Positions 38,096 through 51,689 of a DNA stretch of 64,000 nt are shown here, piece after piece. How positions within the stretch are numbered: position 1 is the stretch's first letter; each line of letters begins with the position of its first letter. Source of the DNA: Octopus vulgaris (lineage: Eukaryota); contig OX597827.1 in assembly GCA_951406725.2 (NCBI GenBank), positions 6,820,001 through 6,884,000 of the forward strand, in the 5' to 3' direction. The notes under the pieces are model-generated. The model saw nothing but the letters and a program-made list of their open reading frames with translations. It ran no database searches and was not told where the DNA came from. The position numbers and the translations under genes are program-made.

Positions 38096-39027
38096 ATGAG
38101 TTTTATAGATGTTTATATACTTCTTTTAGAAGCCTACATTCCATTTTTCTTTCTGTATTCCAAAAGCAAAAGGCTGATATGCTGTATGTATGTATGTGTG
38201 TGTGTGTGTGTGTGTGTGCATATTTGCATGTTTATTACAACACTGTATTTAAGGAAAGTCTTTAGAATTATCAGAGTTCTTTCACTATTTCCATGAAAAC
38301 AATTACAGACACGATCCCAAGTTCTTGTTTTAAAGAAATTTTAGTAAAGCATATAACGCCAACGGAATCTTAGAGTTTCTGCAAACATGAATGCAGTCTT
38401 CTTGTGTTCTAGGCATTTTCAAACACACTCCTTTTTATGTGTTTATTTCGTTTTTTATATTTTGTTTTGCTTATTCATTTGGCATTTTAATGAGCTTTGG
38501 AATTTCTAAAATCAATAACACTCTTAAACATATACAAAATTATTCCTAACCAGAAATTTTTATCCTATTTTTTTTTCTTTTAATGCTAACAGGGCATATG
38601 TTTTGCCAAACAGTATATTGTATTCATAACAGACTCTCGTCTTTTCATTTGAGGTTCGGAATTTTCAGCTTTGATCATATCACATCATTCTATGTCTCCT
38701 TTAGTCTTTAGCTGTTACAGGTCAACACATGACATTTTATCACACTGCATTCCTCAGTCATTCACATCACATCACATGTGCAAACTACTACAGTCATCAA
38801 TCAGACTTCATCAACTGATGCCTTTACTATTCAGCCCTTATCTGGGCTTACTCATACTCCAAGTTTCATGTAATTTAATGTTGCAGATTCAACTGTTAAT
38901 AGTTAAGTTAATGTTAACATATTTAATGTAGCGAATATCATATACTTAATTGGAAGCAGAAAAATAAATGAACGAGGAAATGACAACAATAGCTCAATGG
39001 TTACTATGATTTTAATCATTTCAACAA

Positions 39028-39074
39028 ATATGGAAGACAGGTTTCAGTCTTGTTAAACCTCTTCAATGCAATAT
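39028..39074 (-). ncRNA. Degenerate type I hammerhead-like motif
   Basis: AUAUUGCA-UUGAAGA-GGUUU-AACA-AGACU-GAAAC-CU-GUC-UUCCAUAU; helix I pairs 6 of 8; C3 changed to U. Confidence 0.5.
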
Positions 39075-39657
39075 AATTTCACCATATTTGCTGAAAATCA
39101 TTAATGAAGCAAACACTAAGTAGACGCACAATATTGTATGAAAGTCGGTAGGAAAAATTAGCATATTCAGAAAAATAAATCACCATTCATGCCTGAAAAA
39201 CCATAGTAGTGTTAATTTATTCAATATTGTGAGGACCAAAATTATCCTTAGAATTATTTTAGTGGTGAGGAGAAAAAAACATAGTTCAATGACTAATATT
39301 ATTGTAATCATTTTGGGAAGTGTAGGAAGTAACTTTAAAAATATCTCATTTTCATTAGACTCCTAAGTAGATCCCACATGTCAAGTAAATCCACATGTCT
39401 ACTAAAATAGTGATGAGTGAATTACTATGTCCTTGTATATTATTGCTCCAAAATCGATCAACATGAATGGAAATTGTAGCTGTGATACCAGTGCCGGTGG
39501 CACATAAGAGAACCATCCGAATTGCTAGCATCGCCCCGACTGGCTTGTGAGTAGATTTAGTAGACAGAAATTGAAAGAAACCCATTGTATATGTGTGTGT
39601 GTCTTCACAATGCATATTAGTTGTAAATGAGCATCACTGTCACACAAGCAATGTTAT

Positions 39658-40046
39658 TCATCATCATCATCATCATTTAACGTCTGTTTTCCATGCTGGC
39701 AAAAGTTAGATAGTTTGACTGGAGTTGGTAAGCTGGAGAGCTGCTTCAGGCCTCAGTTGTCTGTCTTGGCTTGGTTTCTACAGCTGGATACCCTTCCTAA
39801 TGCCAATGACTTTATAGAGTGTACTGGGCATCATATACGTGTCACCAGCTCAGATGCCTTTCGTGTGTCACCAGCACTAACCACGACCATGATTTCACCC
39901 AGCTTGGCACGTCTTCTCAAGCACAACAAATCATTGGGCTTGGGGAAGTATTACCTTGCTCAGAAACAGGTGCCTCAATAAACAGCATCCAACCCATACA
40001 AGCATGGAAAAGAAACATTGAGATCATGATGATGATGATGATGATG
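39658..40046. mobile_element. Two diverged (GAT)n-family 3' ends in opposite orientation
   Basis: (CAT)n-led minus copy 39658-39930 and plus tail 39980-40046. Confidence 0.65.
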
Positions 40047-40071
40047 TCATTATTATTATGTGCATTATACC

Positions 40072-40500
40072 ACGCAGGTGTGGCTGTGTGGTAAGTAGCT
40101 TGCTAACCAACCACATGGTTCTGGGTTCAGTCCCACTGCGTGGCATCTTGGGCAAGTGTCTTCTGCTATAGCCCCAGGCCGACCAATGCCTTGTGAGTGG
40201 ATTTGGTAGACGGAAACTGAAAGAAGCCTGTCGTATATGTATATATATATATATGTGTGCTTGTGTGTATGTGCTTGTGTGTATGTGCTTGTGTGTCTGT
40301 GTTTGCCCCCCTAGCATTGCTTGACAACCGATGCTGGTGTGTTTACGTCCCCATAACTTAGCAGTTCGGCAAAAAAGACCGATAGAATAAGTACTGGGCT
40401 TACAAAGAATAAGTCCCGGGGTCGATTTGCTCGACTAAAGGCGGTGCTCCAGCATGGCCGCAGTCAAATGACTGAAACAAGTAAAAGAGAGAAAAAGAGA
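40072..40500 (+). mobile_element. SINE family A, full length
   Basis: Matches consensus. Confidence 0.92.
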
Positions 40501-41383
40501 AAATACCCCCAGTGACAAAAGTGAGGCATTTTAACAAGCTAAACTACTTACACTTCATGTGTTTATGAAACAATATAGAATTACAGAAATATGCTGAGTA
40601 GGGTTGTTTTTTTTTAAGTCCAAACACTGCAGACTAGGTTAGATTCTCCACCCAACAACTAATTCAATTATTATAACTTTGATTGTGTAAAGTTTTACAA
40701 AAATAAATAAATAAATAAATAAATGTACACGAAATTATTTTTTTTAAAGTTAATTTACAGAACATGATAAACTGCAATATTTATGGACACAAATTTAATT
40801 TGCAAGCAATTTTTATTCTGGAAGATATGCAAATTTTCTGTTGTAATTTTTAAAGGAATCTAAGGGAAAAAAAAAATGCAATGTTCTTTATTTGAAATAT
40901 CAACAAAAGCAATCTAGGAATTATTTGTGTTATATTTCTTTTTTTCCATTTTTTTTGTGTGTTTGTTTTTATTCTCAAATATATGGAAAGTAATTTTTGA
41001 ATGAGAATTTCATAGGAAAAATGTTTCCAGTTTAATTACTTTTGGAATGAAATTTGCAAAAACATAATAATAATAGTAATAATAATAATAATAATATGTA
41101 TAATAATAATAATGAGTCGGGAAGACACTCGGCAAGAAATGGAAGCAAATTTGAAAGAAGAAAAAAAAAGGAAGAATAATAATAATAAATAAATAAAAAG
41201 ATAGATAAAACAGGAAAAATTTGTGAAGAAAATAAAAATATAATTGTGTGTCATGTAGTTTTGTTGAACTAATAAGAGATATATATTAGTTTAGTTAATT
41301 AGTACTGTGTTGTTTGATCAACTGAATTACCTGTTCATTGAATTAACATATGGGTGGCTGAGTATTCCACAAACATGTGTTCC

Positions 41384-41782
41384 TACTCTTTTACATGTTT
41401 CAGTCATTTGACTGCGGCCATGCTAGAGCGCCGCCTTTAGTCGAGCAACTCGACCCCGGGACTTATTCTTTTTGTAAGCCCAGTACTTAGTCTATCGGTC
41501 TCTTTTGCCGAACTGCTAAGTGACGGGGACGTAAACATACCAGCATCAGTTGTCAAGCAATGCTAGGGGGACAAACACAAACATACACGCACACACACAC
41601 ATATACGTATATATATATATATATATACGACAGGCTTCTTTCAGTTTCCATCTACCAAATCCACTCGCAAGGCATTGGTCGGCCCGGGGCTATAGCAGAA
41701 GACACTTGCCCAAGATGTCACGCAGTGGGACTGAACCCGGAACCATGTGGTTGGTTAGCAAGCTACTTACCACACAGCCACT
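41384..41782 (-). mobile_element. SINE family A
   Basis: Matches consensus. Confidence 0.92.
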
Positions 41783-41979
41783 GAGTCAGCCACACTTCTG
41801 TATAGTCTCAACTCAATGCTATTGTAAGAAACACATGCCCCAAGATGCTGCACGGTAGGATTGAACCCAGGATCTCTTGATTATGAAGCAAATTTCTTAA
41901 CGATTTGGTCTTGCTGCAGCTATTGAGGATGCTTAGACCTTTAGCTTTCAGATTAACCTCTAAAATGTTATGCTTATTT

Positions 41980-42150
41980 GTTACCCTGCACAGGTATGCA
42001 AAAGCAGGATATTGCAATCACTCATCTTTGCCTGTTTGTCCGTGTGTTTGTAAAATTCCTGGAAAACAGCGGAACAGATTTTCACCAAATTTGGCAGAAA
42101 TACACATTGGGTGAGTGGCTGCAAATGATAAAAATTTGGTTTGGTTATCT
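41980..42150 (+). mobile_element. Possible Helentron-associated (DINE-1/HINE-like) fragment
   Basis: TTACCCTGC...GCAGG subterminal hairpin, GTCTGT-like tract, GATTTTCACCAAATTTGG. Confidence 0.4.
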
Positions 42151-42425
42151 TCAAGCATATACAAATACATACATAGATATGCAACTGTGTGCATGTGGTG
42201 TGTGTGTGTGTGTGTGTACAGTGATGGATTCAAGTATTTCATTTACTTACAAGCTGATTTCTTAACTTCACCCGAGTATAAATACCTATAATGGTGATAC
42301 TTAAAAAAAACTTCCTTTCAATATTTTTAAAAATCAAACTTACAAATTTCCCAATAAGCAAGTAGTTATATTATTTATATCCTACAATGAACTACAGTAT
42401 GTTTGATTCATCTGCATTGTAAGCC

Positions 42426-42821
42426 CTCTTTTACTCTCTTTTACTTGTTTCAGTCATTTGACTGCGGCCATGCTGGAGCACCGCCTTTAATCGAGCAACT
42501 CGACCCCAGGACTTATTCTTTTGTAAGCCCAGTACTTATTCTATCTTTTGCTGAACTGCTAAGTAACGGGGACATAAACACACCAGCATCAGTTGTCAAG
42601 CAATGCTACGGGGACAAACACAGACACACAAACACACACACGCATATACATATATACATATATACGACAGGCTTCTTTCAGTTTCCGTCTACCAAATCCA
42701 CTCACAAGGCTTTGGTCGGCCCAAGGCTATAGTAGAAGACACTTGTCCAAGGTGCCACACAGTGGGACTGAACCCGGAACCATGTGGTTGGCAAACAGGC
42801 TACTTACCACACAGCCACTCC
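42426..42821 (-). mobile_element. SINE family A
   Basis: Matches consensus. Confidence 0.92.
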
Positions 42822-43025
42822 ATATAATTTTCAAAAAAATTTATCACCTCGCAGGGTATACATCATCCCGCCTATGCCTTTTTCATTTACATTGTTGTGA
42901 ATTAATTGTGCATATCTTGTAGCTCTGAAAAAAGGATGATATGAATATATTTTTAGAATGATATTGTGGGGTAAGTGTGAGAGGCCAGAACTATCCATTT
43001 TGAACATAAGACAGATAGAATATTT

Positions 43026-43292
43026 GGGTCCATCAGGAATCACTACAGAGATTCTCAAAATATCTGGCAGTGTCGGCTATAGCCTAGTCACCTATATAGT
43101 TAACCAGGTGATGCACGAAGGAGTCATACCCAATGATTGGTGTAGCAGCACTATAGTCAACTGCTACGAAGGTAAAGGTGATGCTTTAGATACAAATAAT
43201 TACAGAGGAATCAAGTTGTTGGATCAGGTAATGAAAGTCATGGAGAGGGTCACAGCCCAACTAATTAGGGAGAGAGTTTAGATGAGATGCAG
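43026..43292 (+). pseudogene. RTE-clade LINE reverse transcriptase N-terminal fragment
   Basis: GPSGITTEILK...IPNDWCSSTIVNCYEGKGDALDTNNYRGIKLLDQVMKVMERV. Confidence 0.9.
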
Positions 43293-44248
43293 TCTTCATG
43301 TTTGTGTTTGTCCCACTGCCACCACCACCACCACCACTTGACAATTGGTATTGGTTTGTTTCTGTCCCCATGACTTAGTGATTTGTCAAAAGATACTGAC
43401 AAAATACATACCAGGTTTAAAAGAAAAATAAGTACTGGGGTCAATCTCTTCAACTAAAGCCCTTTGAGGCACTGCCCCAACATGGCTGCCATCCAATGAC
43501 TGAAACAAGTAAAAGGTAAAAGATAAGATACATGCAAAAGAACAAACAAATAATAAATTAATAAATAAAAAATGAGGTGCTTTTCGCATGAATTCCTTTG
43601 TGATATTTGTTCTGCAAAGACTTACAGACACAGCCTTGTCACTCTCGTTGTCAGAAATGGTTCACCAACTGCAATATAAAAATATATATACAATAACTAT
43701 AAATAAATAATGCGTTCTCACTATTAGTCAAACATGAAATCTGACATAGCCTTTGTAATAGCTTGCTGGAACACGATGAAGAATAAGGCTGCTATAATAA
43801 GAAAATGAAATCACAAGACTTAACAAATAGTGACATTGTGTATAATGAATGGATGACCAATGTAAATAGCCATTTTAGTATATATTTACAGACGAAAAAT
43901 GGAAAAAAATAGACAAATCAAAAAGAGAGCCCATTGCTTAGATTACATTTGCCCAGCTATTTTCGATTGTCCAGGACAAGTTGAGACATGATTAATTTCT
44001 TCAATATGGGTGTGCATATATATATATATATATATATTTATATGTGTGTGTGTGTGTGTATATTTTCCCTTGTTAACAATTAACATGGAAAATATATATG
44101 TATGTATATATATATATATATATAGATAGATAGATAGATATGTATATATGCATATGTACACACACATATAAACATATATATATATGTAAACATGTATACA
44201 TACATATACACACACATGCATACATACAAATGGAGAGAGAGAGAGATT

Positions 44249-44279
<31 letters not shown>

Positions 44280-44800
44280 AAATAATATATTTATTTATAT
44301 TTATATATATATGTATAAATAATATATTTATATATATATATTTGTGTATATATATATATATATATGCATACATACATACATACATACATACATGAGTATG
44401 TGTAAATATGTGTGTGTGTATATTTATATAGATATATGGATATAAACAGATATAGATAAATATATACATATAGATACATGTATAGATACATGCATACATA
44501 CATACAAATGTGTGTGTGTATATTGGTGTGAGAAATAAACAAATGATTAACTAAAAAACATCCTGAGCTATTAAGATGGTAACCCATATGAATGGGAGTT
44601 GATAAATTGAAACGAAGACATATTTCTTGTTCAACTTTTGACCTTTCCAATACTCATTAAATCAGGGTTTACATTGCTAGATTGTATTTATATTTTCGTT
44701 TTATTATATTTTCCAGTCTTTCAACACCAAAGACACAAAATGTATCAGCGTACTGCAATGATTATACAAATTGATAGAAAGAATTCAATAGCACTTTATG

Positions 44801-45051
44801 TATGTTTATGTACATATACACATGTTCACACATACATGCATATGCACGCACACACACATGGACGGAGACACACACACACACAAATGTAAGCATGAACCTA
44901 TGTAAATGTGTGTATATAAATGTATGGGTGTTTGTGTATTTGTATATTTATCATATGTATGTGTGTGTGTATGTATGTTGTGTGTGTGTGTTTATATATA
45001 TATATATACACATAAATATATATATATATAAATATATATATATACACACAC

Positions 45052-45097
<46 letters not shown>

Positions 45098-45111
45098 ATA
45101 ATATAATATAT

Positions 45112-45203
<92 letters not shown>

Positions 45204-45359
45204 ATATATATATATATATACAAAAAAAAATATAAATATATATATACACATATAAATATATATACACATATAAATATATGTATATACACATATAAATATA
45301 TGTATATATATATACACACACATAAATATATATATATACACATAAATATATATATATAC

Positions 45360-45410
<51 letters not shown>

Positions 45411-45520
45411 TATATATATATGTATGTATATGTGCACATATTTGTATGTGTGTTTGTGTTTGTTTGCATATGTGTGTGTGTGTGTGTGTAGGTGAATGTG
45501 TGTGTAGGTGAATGTGTGTG
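44801..45520. repeat. Long (TA)n-dominated microsatellite; first ~210 bp inversely duplicated at 46145-46358
   Basis: Non-repetitive core CAAATGTAAGCATGAACCTATGTAAATG recurs in reverse complement near 46255-46282. Confidence 0.9.
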
Positions 45521-46361
45521 TGTTTGTTTGTTATTTATTACAGAAGTCTTTCATTCAGGATATTTTGTTTTCTGTAGAAAGAGTAATTCATTCCCATCTT
45601 TGTGTTGCCTTGATTCTTGATTCTCCTTTGACAAGTGATAAATTATTGTTATTCATACATTTAGTTCACACTAAAAATACAACAGAGGAAAGAAAGAGAG
45701 ATGGAAACAGGAAAAGGAAGAGGGAGAAAAAGAAAGTGAAAGTAAAAGTGGAAGTGCAAGAAAGAAAGAAGAAAGAAGCACTGGAAATGTAGAAAATATA
45801 TATGTATATGAGTATAAGAAAGTCATTCTGATAGACGCATGCCTATAAGCACACATACATTAAAGGATGTAACATATATGCCTGTGGTACATAGAATAAT
45901 GCATCTTCTTACAATTTTCATATTTGTACAAGTGTATGTACTGTGTGTGGGAATGTGTGTGTGTATGTATGTGTGCATGCATGAAGGTGTGTATTTGTGT
46001 TTGTGTAAAATACAAATAATGTTTATGTGAGTGAATGAGTGACTATCTGAGACTAAAATATCTCAGCAATTGAACTCCAAAATTATAGTAACTTTCAGGT
46101 AATACATATATATATATATATATATTTCAAGATGTTACTGCGTGTGTGTGTATATATATATATATATATACACACACAACATACATACATACACACACAC
46201 ACATACATATGATAAATATACAAATACACAAACACCCATACATTTATATACACACATTTACATAGGTTCATGCTTACATTTGCGTGTGTGTCTCCATCCA
46301 TGTGTGTGTGTGTGCATATGCATGTATGTGTGTACATGTGTATATATACATAAACATATGT

Positions 46362-46550
46362 GGTGATTTTTTTTTTTCCTCTGTCTTCCCTTCTCTGGAT
46401 CTTTCCTTCTCCTATGTTTCTGACAAAGAGCTCCGCTCGAAACGTTAGACCCTCCTTCTTTCCTTCTTTCCTGAGCGTCCAATAATACTATATTTGTTCC
46501 ACGTCCTCGCGTTGTTGTGTTTTTTGTGCTTTCTTGTTTGGATTAACTAT
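46362..46550 (+). mobile_element. Short Penelope pLTR-like repeat with minimal hammerhead motif (46416-46450)
   Basis: GUUU-CUGACAA-A-GAGC-UCC-GCUC-GAAAC-GUU-AGAC; homologous to 8520-8705; ends at a TA repeat. Confidence 0.75.
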
Positions 46551-46608
46551 ATATACACATACATACATACATACATACATAAACACATGCACACATATAC
46601 ACACACAC

Positions 46609-46639
<31 letters not shown>

Positions 46640-47023
46640 CGTGTGTGAGGATTCATGACATAGGGCTATGGAGTCAGGCTCACGTTCATGAGATCGTAGT
46701 TTCAACTCCGAGACTGAGTGGTGCGTTGTGTTCTTGAGCGAAACACTTCATCTCACCTTGCTCTGCAATCACTTCAGCACCTGACACGTGGTATACAAAT
46801 TTCTTTGTAATCGTAATCTACACCGATTGAAAGGTATTTGTATAAAATTTCCTTAAAAAATACCTAATTTCCAGAAAGTTATGAGGAGGGAAATGTTGGG
46901 TCTTGTGAATTTTATGAAGCTCCTCTCCCCAACTCCTCTGAAAACATTTTTCCAACAAATCTTTACAGACACTCAATCTATATTTAATATATATTTCCAA
47001 TTTATTTGTATCTAATATATATA

Positions 47024-47570
47024 CAGGGTATGATAGGTAAATTGTCACCATTTAATTTTTATTTTTATTTTGCATGTGCACATTGTTTTTGATTTTGTCA
47101 ACTACATAGTATAGCTGGAGTAGTTGGGCACTGTCTTTGAGAAATACAACACCATGACACAATTCACTCTGCCAGACATTTGGAAATGACATGCTGTACT
47201 GCTGGTCATTCACTCCAGAAACTCCAATACGAACACATCATTGTGTTTGGGTGTCAATCTGAGAACAGTGTAGAAGATTTGGAAAGAGTTGGATGAGTTT
47301 CATGGTGAGTACAAAGGTACAGCAGCTCAGAAAACACACCCTGGTCATTCTAACAAGAAAAGAGCTCCAGGATTCATTGGTGGGATCCAGGGCATGACTG
47401 ACAACGATCCCTCCAAATCAATCCGGTCCATTGTCAGGGACATGGGAGTGCCTGAGTTTCTTACTAGGCAGGTAGTGCATGAAGACATACAAGATGGGAA
47501 ACAGCCAATTTTTATTGCAAGGCATCAGAAAACTCTAGCATCCCCTCCAACTGAATATGCTTTGGATAAA
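47024..47570 (+). mobile_element. Tc1/mariner-superfamily 5' remnant
   Basis: TA|CAGGGT start; DNDPSKSIRSIVRDMGVPEFLTRQVVHEDI HTH-like peptide. Confidence 0.75.
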
Positions 47571-48706
47571 TTCTCGCAATGATGTCAGGCTCTCCAATAT
47601 TTTTTCTAAACAGAGACAATTGGGGGCAGGGAGTTGGGTTGCAAAAAATTAATAATTTCTTAAATTTCCTTTTTTATAGCATATAAATGTTTTTATGGGG
47701 GAAAAAATAGTGTAAAAGGTCAATACATATGAAAGTGATAAAGAAACGAGGTGGGTTGCCTTTGGATGTGCTAGAAACAACAGCCAAAGTGCCCTTAAAT
47801 CACTTTTCCCTCTAAAAATATTAACAACCTAAAAAAATTTTTTACTGAAAATGCTCTTCCCATGGTTTTGAAGTGCAAAAATATTAGCCAAAATAGGTCT
47901 GGTGTAGGATGATGAGGAATGGGGTGGGGTGTAAAAAAAGTTTTCAAAAGATTTTCTACAAATTTGCCACCCCCTCCCCCTCAACCCCATCATTTTGAAG
48001 GCAGTAGTCTAAAAAGAAATGGGGGAATACCCGAAAAAATTTTCCCGATAAATTTTCATAAAAAGATACCCATCTTCCTGAAAGTTATGTGGAAAAAAAG
48101 TCAGATCGCCTGAATTTTCTGAAACTCCTCTCTCCACTCCCTCACAAAAATCCTTTCCCATAAATCCCTATAAACTCTGAAGTCACAACATCTAAGCGAT
48201 ATTTGTAGAAAATTTTGTTAAAAAGTATCCATTTTTCTGGATGTTATGTGGCAACAAATTCGAGGGTGTATACATCTGTAGTAATTCCCTTTTATTTATA
48301 CAACTTTTTTCATTTCATGTTTATTTCATTCATTATTTGTAATGTTCTCTCTTTCCCTCTCTCTCTCACACACACACACTGCAAAGCTTACAGATGGGCT
48401 GCTGAATTGAAATCTCTATGTTGCTTTGAGGGGAAGGTAAAACTTGACAAACTGCTTCTCCTTCTGTAGTTGGACTATTTTGATGTTTGTTTAAAGAAAA
48501 GAGAGATTATGACTGTGATAAAATAATGAAAGCAATATTTACTAAGCAAGTGAGAACTATTATACAAAGAAATAATTAGACATAAAATATCATAAAAATG
48601 ATTAGAACTGGGAATCAAATGTGAAAATATTATCAAGGGGCTAGCAGGAAACCACCCAGAGGATGGTCTTTCTGCTAGTATATAATATATATATATATAT
48701 CAATAT

Positions 48707-48739
<33 letters not shown>

Positions 48740-48743
<4 letters not shown>

Positions 48744-48900
48744 GAATTTACAAAAAAAAAAAACAAAAGACAAAGACGGCTGTGTAAACAACAAATAGAT
48801 GTATTAGTTTAACGGTCAGGAAGTGAGAAAGTCTTTTATGTTTCGAGCCAAAGCTCTTCGACAGAAAGGAACACAGAAATAAACAGGGTGAGAAAATAGA
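48740..48900 (-). mobile_element. Short Penelope pLTR-like repeat with minimal hammerhead motif (48833-48868)
   Basis: CUUU-CUGUCGA-A-GAGC-UUUG-GCUC-GAAAC-AUA-AAAG; 3' end resembles 27797-27860; ends at (TA)n. Confidence 0.7.
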
Positions 48901-49089
48901 AAATAGAAAAAGTATATATGATATATATACTTTTTATTAAAACTAAAAAGTCTTAAAGCATATTACTCTACCTTAGGTGTTTGAGTACTATTTTTTCTAC
49001 CTTTTTTCATTTATGTACTTACTTGTGTGCATGTGTGTATATATATATATACATACATATATATATATAGACACACATTTATACATACA

Positions 49090-49127
<38 letters not shown>

Positions 49128-50011
49128 GAGAGAGAGAGAGAGACAGACAGACACACACACACGCACTTATATTTACACTTACAAATGTATGTGTGTGTGT
49201 GTGTGTGTGCATGCATGTGTATACACATTCCCATAGACACACATGTATTGATACAAAGTATAACTGACCACCATATCGGATATTTCTGAAAAGCCCATTG
49301 TTAGCTTCTGTGCATTCAGTTGCAGAAAGCTAACAGTTGTATCTTTTTTTTTTTTTGGCATTTTTGTTCCCTTTTTCTTTTCTTTCCATTTTTGACTTTC
49401 CATAATGGTAAAGAATCAGTTAAGAAAGTCCAATCGGAAAGACATGACAGGGATACAAACGTTTATGCATACACCATTCATATATAAATATACAGTTGAA
49501 TAGCATTAGAATCATGTGGAAGACACAGCAAGAAAGAGGGAGAGAGAGGGAGACAAAGAGAGAGAGAGAGACAATGGGTAAGGAACGCAAAGAGTCAAAC
49601 AAAAGGTTATAGGAAAGTGAAAGAATCAAAAGTCTGGAAAAGTAAAAGAAATATAGAAAATGGAGTGACATGGATGGAAGCTAAATCTTTATATTTTTAT
49701 AATGGCATTGCTTCCTCAAGCTGATATCCAGTTAATATGGGAAACATTCCACTCATATTGTTGGCTTCTGTGAGGTTAAAGTTTACCAAAGGCAATCTAA
49801 CATTCTGCAAGCTACCTGCTGCCTAATTATGTAAGAAAAAGGTATCCCTACAAGATCTGTGCTTAGAAGAGTTCTTTGTCTGATATTAGCTTAGTCACTA
49901 TTAGATTTTATAACAACAACAAAAAAAAAGAAGAAAATCTCAAGAACAGCAACAATAAATAAATAAATATATATATATTTATTTATATATATATATATAT
50001 ATTTTTTTATT

Positions 50012-50082
<71 letters not shown>

Positions 50083-51299
50083 AAATGAATAACATACTGC
50101 AAGTAATCTTAGTCTATCTAGGAAAAGAAGAATAGTTTGAGGGATGTATATGTATATCAACTTTGTATTTATTTCCATTGACCAATGAAATCTCTCAAAG
50201 ATTTTTCTTCTTTGTTCAAAATGTTATCGAGGAAAAAAGAAGGTAAAAAGAAGAGTTTTCTAGTGGGGAGAAAATTTTCATTATTGATATTTTGGGATTG
50301 ATTTTTCAACTGTTTTGGTTTCCCATTTGTATGACACCATTGAAGCTGTTTACCATTATTTATCACCGATACCATTTCTTCCAAGAAATACAGCTTATTG
50401 GATTTGTTCCAGGAAATCGAAGTTCTTCCGATTGCAGATCCAGTTTTTTTTTTTTTTTTATATATAATATGAGAATTTAATAATATTAACTGTAACTTTG
50501 ATATAGAACATAATCTCTTTTTGAAGACATCAGATTTTGGTGGAATCAATAACGGGTTCAACCTTGAATTTAACAGCATCAGTCAGATTTGAATCTTCAT
50601 ATCACAATCTTTGTTGGAAAAATATGTCTTCTATTTAAAAAAGAAAAAAATCTTAAAACTACTCAGAAAAATATGAAAAATATGGGGCAGAATTTTCCAG
50701 GATTTTTTTTTTCTCTTTCGTTATTTTATTTTGTGTATGGGTGAGGGTTCTATTTTACAATTTTTCAATGTAGTCCATCAAATACATTGGCATTTTCAGG
50801 CTGTTGCCAACATTACTGATAGTCTTCCTTCCCTATCAAGTTTCAATCAACATGACTTTTGATTGGTTTTTATTGTTTAGTGACATAAATACACCAGATT
50901 TCTTAAAATCAGCCAGAACAACATATTTTGATGACAGTTTCTTGGATTATTTTCCTCATCTCTGATCTGTTATTCACATACCATTCTAATTGATATTCTC
51001 TCCAATTGCCTGTATTCTTTCATTCTTTTATTCTTATACTGGTTTTAGTTATTAGCCTGTAGTTATATTTGGGGACTGCCTCCAAGATAATTTTGTTTTT
51101 TTATTTTATTCAGTTATATCAGTTATTCATTTTATCCATTACTATTTATAACTTGTGGCACATCCTCTCTGTTATGGGAGCTATCGTCTTACAGGGAGAA
51201 AACAGTACAAAGAATTTGCACTGATTTTTACTAGCATACACACAAACACACACCCTCACACATGAGTGAATGTGAATATACATACATATATATATATAT

Positions 51300-51455
51300 G
51301 GGTGTCAATCTGAGGAATGTAGTGAGAGTGATAAAAATCAAACATCCAGTCAACATCATGATGTTTGGAGTGATCACTAGTGATGGTGACGTTATGCCAC
51401 CATTCATCTTGCTACACGGCCTCAGACTCAACATGGAGGCCTACATCAAGTGCTC
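51300..51455 (+). mobile_element. Tc1/mariner-superfamily transposase fragment
   Basis: KIKHPVNIMMFGVITSDGDVMPPFILLHGLRLNMEAYIKC; starts GGGTGTCAATCTGAG as at ~47249. Confidence 0.75.
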
Positions 51456-51689
51456 CATAAATCCTAAATTTTATTTTGGTACTTATGGGAGCAACTGTCT
51501 TTGAAGACTCATATTGTCGTTGAATGCTCGAAATGAGGAGTAGATAGACAACCAACAACCGATGAAGGTTCGTTCTCTGCATTTGCTTGTTCTGTTTTCC
51601 ATTTTGTTTATGTATTTAACTCATTTGTTTTTGTATTTCATGTTGTTTACACAGTAGGGGATGTCCTGTACTCATATTTTTTTTAAAGT

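Noticed and set aside
46830-48180. Diverged direct repeat 46830-46975 versus 48040-48180 as an LTR pair
   Set aside because: Low identity, no TG..CA ends, PBS or PPT; interior is a Tc1-like remnant
48641-48678. Hairpin CTAGCAGGAAACCA...TGGTCTTTCTGCTAG as terminator or Helitron end
   Set aside because: Isolated, eukaryotic context, and no matching 5' TC end found
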